Assembly (NCBI GenBank): GCA_964057225.1
Contig: OZ059895.1
Span: 20,274,001 to 20,338,000, forward strand
DNA length: 64,000 bases
Reading direction: 5' to 3'
Origin: Auanema rhodensis
Taxonomy: Eukaryota > Animalia > Nematoda
This document shows positions 55,501-64,000 of this stretch, one piece after another. Under the pieces are notes generated by a model. It made no database searches. It worked only from the letters and a program-made list of their open reading frames with translations, and was not told the origin of the DNA. The number at the start of each line of letters is the position of its first letter. Position 1 is the first letter of the stretch. The translations under genes were made by a program, and so were the position numbers.

Positions 55501-58500
55501 GTTATCAGATTTGCGCTAGCTTAAAAATGCACCGAGATATCAACTGATATATGTTCACACTTACATCCTCGATTTTCACCCTGAAGAATTAATTTTTTCG
55601 TTGAATAACATTGTCCATCGTCTTTGCCTTGAAAGAAAGAATCTGAAAACATCTACTTTTTGCTAAATTATTTTGAAATTTTCCGAAAAAATTTTTGTCA
55701 AAATGTTTTTGGAAGCAATGTTGAGTGTACATGGAAACTCAACATACACTAATGCATCATTTTTCAAACGATCATAACTAATTTTTGTATTGAGCGTTTC
55801 TCAATGTAGTATAGTGCATTCGATGCGGATTTTTAAGCTGCGTCGATCTGTGTTATCAGATTTGCGCTAGCTTAAAAATGCACCGAGATATCAACTGATA
55901 TAAGTTCACACTTATATCCTCGATTTTCACCCTGAAGAATTAATTTTTTCGTTGAATAACATTGTCCATCGTCTTTGCCTTGAAAAAAGGAATCTGAAAA
56001 CATCTACTTTTTGCTAAATTATTTTGAAATTTTTCGAAAAAATTTTTGTCAAAATGTTTTTGGAAGCAATGTTGAGTGTACATGGAAACTCAACATACAC
56101 TAATGCATCATTTTTCAAACGATCATAACTAATTTTTGTATTAAGCGTTTCTCAATGTAGTATAGTGCATTCGATGCGGATTTTTAAGCTGCATCGATCT
56201 GTGTTATCAGATTTGCGCTAGCTTAAAAATGCACCGAGATATCAACTGATATAAGTTCACACTTATATCCTCGATTTTCACCCTGAAGAATTAATTTTTT
56301 CGTTGAATAACAATGTCCATCGTCTTTGCCTTAAAAAAGGTATCTAAAAACATCTACTTTTTGCTAAATTATTTTGAAATTTTTCGAAAAAATTTTTGTC
56401 AAAATGTTTTTGGAAGCAATGTTGAGTGTACATGGAAACTCAACATACACTAATGCATCATTTTTCAAACGATCATAACTAATTTTTGTATTGAGCGTTT
56501 TTCAATGTAGAATAGTGCATTCGATGCGGATTTTTAAGCTGCGTCGGTCTGTGTTATCAGATTTGCGCTAGCTTAAAAATGCACCGAGATATCAACTGAT
56601 ATAAGTTCACACTTATATCCTCGATTTTCACCCTGAAGAATTAATTTTTTCGTTGAATAACAATGTCCATCGTCTTTGCCTTAAAAAAGGTATCTAAAAA
56701 CATCTACTTTTTGCTAAATTATTTTGAAATTTTCCGAAAAAATTTTTGTCAAAATGTTTTTGGAAGCAATGTTGAGTGTACATGGAAACTCAACATACAC
56801 TAATGCATCATTTTTCAAACGATCATAACTAATTTTTGTATTGAGCGTTTCTCAATGTAGTATAGTGCATTCGATGCGGATTTTTAAGCTGCGTCGATCT
56901 GTGTTATCAGATTTGCGCTAGCTTAAAAATGCACCGAGATATCAACTGATATAAGTTCACACTTATATCCTCGATTTTCACCCTGAAGAATTAATTTTTT
57001 CGTTGAATAACATTGTCCATCGTCTTTGCCTTGAAAAAAAAAATCTGAAAACATCTACTTTTTGCTAAATTATTTTGAAATTTTTCGAAAAAATTTTTGT
57101 CAAAATGTTTTTGGAAGCAATGTTGAGTGTACATGGAAACTCAACATACACTAATGCATCATTTTTCAAACGATCATAACTAATTTTTGTATTAAGCGTT
57201 TCTCAATGTAGTATAGTGCATTCGATGCGAATTTTTAAGCTGCGTCGATCTGTGTTATCAGATTTGCGCTAGCTTAAAAATGCACCGAGATATCAACTGA
57301 TATAAGTTCACACTTATATCCTCGATTTTCACCCTGAAGAATTAATTTTTTCGTTGAATAACATTGTCCATCGTCTTTGCCTTGAAAAAAGGAATCTGAA
57401 AACATCTACTTTTTGCTAAATTATTTTGAAATTTTTCGAAAAAATTTTTGTCAAAATGTTTTTGGAAGCAATGTTGAGTGTACATGGAAACTCAACATAC
57501 ACTAATGCATCATTTTTCAAACGATCATAACTAATTTTTGTATTGAGCGTTTTTCAATGTAGAATAGTGCATTCGATGCGGATTTTTAAGCTGCGTCGGT
57601 CTGTGTTATCAGATTTGCGCTAGCTTAAAAATGCACCGAGATATAAACTGATATAAGTTCACACTTATATCCTCGATTTTCACCCTGAAGAATTAATTTT
57701 TTCGTTGAATAACATTGTCCATCGTCTTTGCCTTGAAAAAAGAAATCTAAAAACATCTACTTTTTGCTAAATTATTTTGAAATTTTTCGAAAAAATTTTT
57801 GTCAAAATGTTTTTGGAAGCAATGTTGAGTGTACATGGAAACGCAACATACACTAATGCATCATTTTTCAAACGATCATAACTAATTTTTGTATTAAGCG
57901 TTTCTCAATGTAGTATAGTGCATTCGATGCGGATTTTTAAGCTGCGTCGATCTGTTTTATCAGATTTGCGCTAGCTTAAAAATGCACCGAGATATCAACT
58001 GATATAAGTTCACACTTATATCCTCGATTTTCACCCTGAAGAATTAATTTTTTCGTTGAATAACAATGTCCATCGTCTTCGCCTTGAAAAAAGGAATCTA
58101 AAAACATCTACTTTTTACTAAATTATTTTGAAATTTTTCGAAAAAATTTTTGTCAAAATGTTTTTGGAAGCAATGTTGAGTGTACATGGAAACTCAACAT
58201 ACACTAATGCATCATTTTTCAAACGATCATAACTAATTTTTGTATTGAGCGTTTTTCAATGTAGAATAGTGCATTCGATGCGGATTTTTAAGCTGCGTCG
58301 GTCTGTGTTATCAGATTTGCGCTAGCTTAAAAATGCACCGAGATATCAACTGATATATGTTCACACTTACATCCTCGATTTTCACCCTGAAGAATTAATT
58401 TTTTCGTTGAATAACATTGTCCATCGTCTTTGCCTTGAAAGAAAGAATCTGAAAACATCTACTTTTTGCTAAATTATTTTGAAATTTTCCGAAAAAATTT

Positions 58501-61500
58501 TTGTCAAAATGTTTTTGGAAGCAATGTTGAGTGTACATGGAAACTCAACATACACTAATGCATCATTTTTCAAACGATCATAACTAATTTTTGTATTGAG
58601 CGTTTCTCAATGTAGTATAGTGCATTCGATGCGGATTTTTAAGCTGCGTCGATCTGTGTTATCAGATTTGCGCTAGCTTAAAAATGCACCGAGATATCAA
58701 CTGATATAAGTTCACACTTATATCCTCGATTTTCACCCTGAAGAATTAATTTTTTCGTTGAATAACATTGTCCATCGTCTTTGCCTTGAAAAAAGGAATC
58801 TGAAAACATCTACTTTTTGCTAAATTATTTTGAAATTTTTCGAAAAAATTTTTGTCAAAATGTTTTTGGAAGCAATGTTGAGTGTACATGGAAACTCAAC
58901 ATACACTAATGCATCATTTTTCAAACGATCATAACTAATTTTTGTATTAAGCGTTTCTCAATGTAGTATAGTGCATTCGATGCGGATTTTTAAGCTGCGT
59001 CGATCTGTGTTATCAGATTTGCGCTAGCTTAAAAATGCACCGAGATATCAACTGATATAAGTTAACACTTATATCCTCGATTTTCACCCTGAAGAATTAA
59101 TTTTTTCGTTGAATAACATTGTCCATCGTCTTTGCCTTGAAAAAAGAAATCTAAAAACATCTACTTTTTGCTAAATTATTTTGAAATTTTTCGAAAAAAT
59201 TTTTGTCAAAATGTTTTTGGAAGCAATGTTGAGTGTACATGGAAACTCAACATACACTAATGCATCATTTTTCAAACGATCATAACTAATTTTTGTATTA
59301 AGCGTTTCTCAATGTAGTATAGTGCATTCGATGCGGATTTTTAAGCTGCGTCGATCTGTTTTATCAGATTTGCGCTAGCTTAAAAATGCACCGAGATATC
59401 AACTGATATAAGTTCACACTTATATCCTCGATTTTCACCCTGAAGAATTAATTTTTTCGTTGAATAACAATGTCCATCGTCTTCGCCTTGAAAAAAGGAA
59501 TCTAAAAACATCTACTTTTTACTAAATTATTTTGAAATTTTTCGAAAAAATTTTTGTCAAAATGTTTTTGGAAGCAATGTTGAGTGTACATGGAAACTCA
59601 ACATACACTAATGCATCATTTTTCAAACGATCATAACTAATTTTTGTATTGAGCGTTTTTCAATGTAGAATAGTGCATTCGATGCGGATTTTTAAGCTGC
59701 GTCGGTCTGTGTTATCAGATTTGCGCTAGCTTAAAAATGCACCGAGATATAAACTGATATAAGTTCACACTTATATCCTCGATTTTCACCCTGAAGAATT
59801 AATTTTTTCGTTGAATAACATTGTCCATCGTCTTTGCCTTGAAAAAAGAAATCTAAAAACATCTACTTTTTGCTAAATTATTTTGAAATTTTTCGAAAAA
59901 ATTTTTGTCAAAATGTTTTTGGAAGCAATGTTGAGTGTACATGGAAACTCAACATACACTAATGCATCATTTTTCAAACGATCATAACTAATTTTTGTAT
60001 TAAGCGTTTCTCAATGTAGTATAGTGCATTCGATGCGGATTTTTAAGCTGCGTCGATCTGTTTTATCAGATTTGCGCTAGCTTAAAAATGCACCGAGATA
60101 TCAACTGATATAAGTTCACACTTATATCCTCGATTTTCACCCTGAAGAATTAATTTTTTCGTTGAATAACAATGTCCATCGTCTTCGCCTTGAAAAAAGG
60201 AATCTAAAAACATCTACTTTTTACTAAATTATTTTGAAATTTTTCGAAAAAATTTTTGTCAAAATGTTTTTGGAAGCAATGTTGAGTGTACATGGAAACT
60301 CAACATACACTAATGCATCATTTTTCAAACGATCATAACTAATTTTTGTATTGAGCGTTTTTCAATGTAGAATAGTGCATTCGATGCGGATTTTTAAGCT
60401 GCGTCGGTCTGTGTTATCAGATTTGCGCTAGCTTAAAAATGCACCGAGATATCAACTGATATATGTTCACACTTACATCCTCGATTTTCACCCTGAAGAA
60501 TTAATTTTTTCGTTGAATAACATTGTCCATCGTCTTTGCCTTGAAAGAAAGAATCTGAAAACATCTACTTTTTGCTAAATTATTTTGAAATTTTCCGAAA
60601 AAATTTTTGTCAAAATGTTTTTGGAAGCAATGTTGAGTGTACATGGAAACTCAACATACACTAATGCATCATTTTTCAAACGATCATAACTAATTTTTGT
60701 ATTGAGCGTTTCTCAATGTAGTATAGTGCATTCGATGCGGATTTTTAAGCTGCGTCGATCTGTGTTATCAGATTTGCGCTAGCTTAAAAATGCACCGAGA
60801 TATCAACTGATATAAGTTCACACTTATATCCTCGATTTTCACCCTGAAGAATTAATTTTTTCGTTGAATAACATTGTCCATCGTCTTTGCCTTGAAAAAA
60901 GGAATCTGAAAACATCTACTTTTTGCTAAATTATTTTGAAATTTTTCGAAAAAATTTTTGTCAAAATGTTTTTGGAAGCAATGTTGAGTGTACATGGAAA
61001 CTCAACATACACTAATGCATCATTTTTCAAACGATCATAACTAATTTTTGTATTAAGCGTTTCTCAATGTAGTATAGTGCATTCGATGCGGATTTTTAAG
61101 CTGCATCGATCTGTGTTATCAGATTTGCGCTAGCTTAAAAATGCACCGAGATATCAACTGATATAAGTTCACACTTATATCCTCGATTTTCACCCTGAAG
61201 AATTAATTTTTTCGTTGAATAACAATGTCCATCGTCTTTGCCTTAAAAAAGGTATCTAAAAACATCTACTTTTTGCTAAATTATTTTGAAATTTTTCGAA
61301 AAAATTTTTGTCAAAATGTTTTTGGAAGCAATGTTGAGTGTACATGGAAACTCAACATACACTAATGCATCATTTTTCAAACGATCATAACTAATTTTTG
61401 TATTGAGCGTTTTTCAATGTAGAATAGTGCATTCGATGCGGATTTTTAAGCTGCGTCGGTCTGTGTTATCAGATTTGCGCTAGCTTAAAAATGCACCGAG

Positions 61501-62455
61501 ATATCAACTGATATAAGTTCACACTTATATCCTCGATTTTCACCCTGAAGAATTAATTTTTTCGTTGAATAACAATGTCCATCGTCTTTGCCTTAAAAAA
61601 GGTATCTAAAAACATCTACTTTTTGCTAAATTATTTTGAAATTTTCCGAAAAAATTTTTGTCAAAATGTTTTTGGAAGCAATGTTGAGTGTACATGGAAA
61701 CTCAACATACACTAATGCATCATTTTTCAAACGATCATAACTAATTTTTGTATTGAGCGTTTCTCAATGTAGTATAGTGCATTCGATGCGGATTTTTAAG
61801 CTGCGTCGATCTGTGTTATCAGATTTGCGCTAGCTTAAAAATGCACCGAGATATCAACTGATATAAGTTCACACTTATATCCTCGATTTTCACCCTGAAG
61901 AATTAATTTTTTCGTTGAATAACATTGTCCATCGTCTTTGCCTTGAAAAAAAAAATCTGAAAACATCTACTTTTTGCTAAATTATTTTGAAATTTTTCGA
62001 AAAAATTTTTGTCAAAATGTTTTTGGAAGCAATGTTGAGTGTACATGGAAACTCAACATACACTAATGCATCATTTTTCAAACGATCATAACTAATTTTT
62101 GTATTAAGCGTTTCTCAATGTAGTATAGTGCATTCGATGCGAATTTTTAAGCTGCGTCGATCTGTGTTATCAGATTTGCGCTAGCTTAAAAATGCACCGA
62201 GATATCAACTGATATAAGTTCACACTTATATCCTCGATTTTCACCCTGAAGAATTAATTTTTTCGTTGAATAACATTGTCCATCGTCTTTGCCTTGAAAA
62301 AAGGAATCTGAAAACATCTACTTTTTGCTAAATTATTTTGAAATTTTTCGAAAAAATTTTTGTCAAAATGTTTTTGGAAGCAATGTTGAGTGTACATGGA
62401 AACTCAACATACACTAATGCATCATTTTTCAAACGATCATAACTAATTTTTGTAT
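52504..62455. repeat. 14-monomer (4912 bp) tandem higher-order duplication
   Basis: AAACGCAAC at 52931/57843, AAGTTAACAC at 54152/59064, GCGAATTT at 57229/62141 and the long A-run variant at 57031/61943 are all 4912 bp apart (14x351 - 2). Confidence 0.92.
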
Positions 62456-64000
62456 TAAGCGTTTCTCAATGTAGTATAGTGCATTCGATGCGGATTTTTA
62501 AGCTGCATCGATCTGTGTTATCAGATTTGCGCTAGCTAAAAAATGCACCGAGATATCAACTGATATAAGTTCACACTTATATCCTCGATTTTCACCCTGA
62601 AGAATTAATTTTTTCGTTGAATAACAATGTCCATCGTCTTTGCCTTAAAAAAGGTATCTAAAAACATCTACTTTTTGCTAAATTATTTTGAAATTTTTCG
62701 AAAAAATTTTTGTCAAAATGTTTTTGGAAGCAATGTTGAGTGTACATGGAAACTCAACATACACTAATGCATCATTTTTCAAACGATCATAACTAATTTT
62801 TGTATTGAGCGTTTCTCAATGTCGAATAGTGCATTCGATGCGGATATTTAAGCTGCATCGATCTGTGTTATCAGATTTGCGCTAGCTTAAAAATGCACCG
62901 AGATATCAACTGATATAAGTTCACACTTATATCCTCGATTTTCACCCTGAAGAATTAATTTTTTCGTTGAATAACAATGTCCATCGTCTTCGCCTTGAAA
63001 AAAGGAATCTAAAAACATCTACTTTTTGCTAAATTATTTTGAAATTTTTCGAAAAAATTTTTGTCAAAATGTTTTTGGAAGCAATGTTGAGTGTACATGG
63101 AAACTCAACATACACTAATGCATCATTTTTCAAACGATCATAACTAATTTTTGTATTAAGCGTTTCTCAATGTAGTATAGTGCATTCGATGCGGATTTTT
63201 AAGCTGCATCGATCTGTGTTATCAGATTTGCGCTAGCTAAAAAATGCACCGAGATATCAACTGATATAAGTTCACACTTATATCCTCGATTTTCACCCTG
63301 AAGAATTAATTTTTTCGTTGAATAACAATGTCCATCGTCTTTGCCTTAAAAAAGGTATTTAAAAACATCTACTTTTTGCTAAATTATTTTGAAATTTTTC
63401 GAAAAAATTTTTGTCAAAATGTTTTTGGAAGCAATGTTGAGTGTACATGGAAACTCAACATACACTAATGCATCATTTTTCAAACGATCATAACTAATTT
63501 TTGTATTGAGCGTTTCTCAATGTAGAATAGTGCATTCGATGCGGATTTTTAAGCTGCGTCGGTCTGTGTTATCAGATTTGCGCTAGCTTAAAAATGCACC
63601 GAGATATCAACTGATATATGTTCACACTTACATCCTCGATTTTCACCCTGAAGAATTAATTTTTTCGTTGAATAACATTGTCCATCGTCTTTGCCTTGAA
63701 AGAAAGAATCTGAAAACATCTACTTTTTGCTAAATTATTTTGAAATTTTTCGAAAAAATTTTTGTCAAAATGTTTTTGGAAGCAATGTTGAGTGTACATG
63801 GAAACTCAACATACACTAATGCATCATTTTTCAAACGATCATAACTAATTTTTGTATTAAGCGTTTCTCAATGTAGTATAGTGCATTCGATGCGGATTTT
63901 TAAGCTGCATCGATCTGTGTTATCAGATTTGCGCTAGCTAAAAAATGCACCGAGATATCAACTGATATAAGTTCACACTTATATCCTCGATTTTCACCCT

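Larger units (their letters stand above)
1..64000. repeat. Tandem satellite DNA array, 351-bp AT-rich monomer, 182 units plus one partial unit, single orientation
   Basis: CATCTAC starts at 1, 352, 703 ... 31240 (=1+89x351). After the truncated unit, starts run from 31415 to 63717 (92x351, +20 bp from two 10-bp duplications, -10 bp from ten 1-bp deletions). The array runs off both ends of the window. Confidence 0.99.

Noticed and set aside
1-64000. CRISPR array, or retron/msDNA-like array of hairpin repeats
   Set aside because: There are no unique spacers and no cas or reverse transcriptase genes. The entire 351-bp unit is repeated.

Overview
The whole window is one head-to-tail tandem satellite DNA array, all copies in the same orientation. 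The monomer is 351 bp, about 32% GC by hand count, and copies differ by only a few substitutions. Taking CATCTAC as an arbitrary monomer start, there are 89 exact-length 351-bp units (1-31239), one 175-bp half-unit with a 176-bp internal deletion (31240-31414), 92 more units (31415-63716, including ten 350-bp and two 361-bp variants) and a 284-bp partial unit. I see no genes, RNA genes, transposon insertions, inversions or CRISPR spacers, and the five listed ORFs are chance read-throughs of the monomer. The array looks like eukaryotic (peri)centromeric or heterochromatic satellite, but I cannot name the family or species. The points of interest are structural. The monomer is rich in dyad symmetries and may be an ancient ~175-bp dimer. 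Locally changing higher-order duplications occur at 2-, 3-, 5-, 7-, 8-, 9- and 14-monomer spacings. The set of monomer variants turns over sharply at ~36-39 kb. I found no evidence for a novel protein-coding or RNA-guided system. All counts were made by eye, so block boundaries are approximate.
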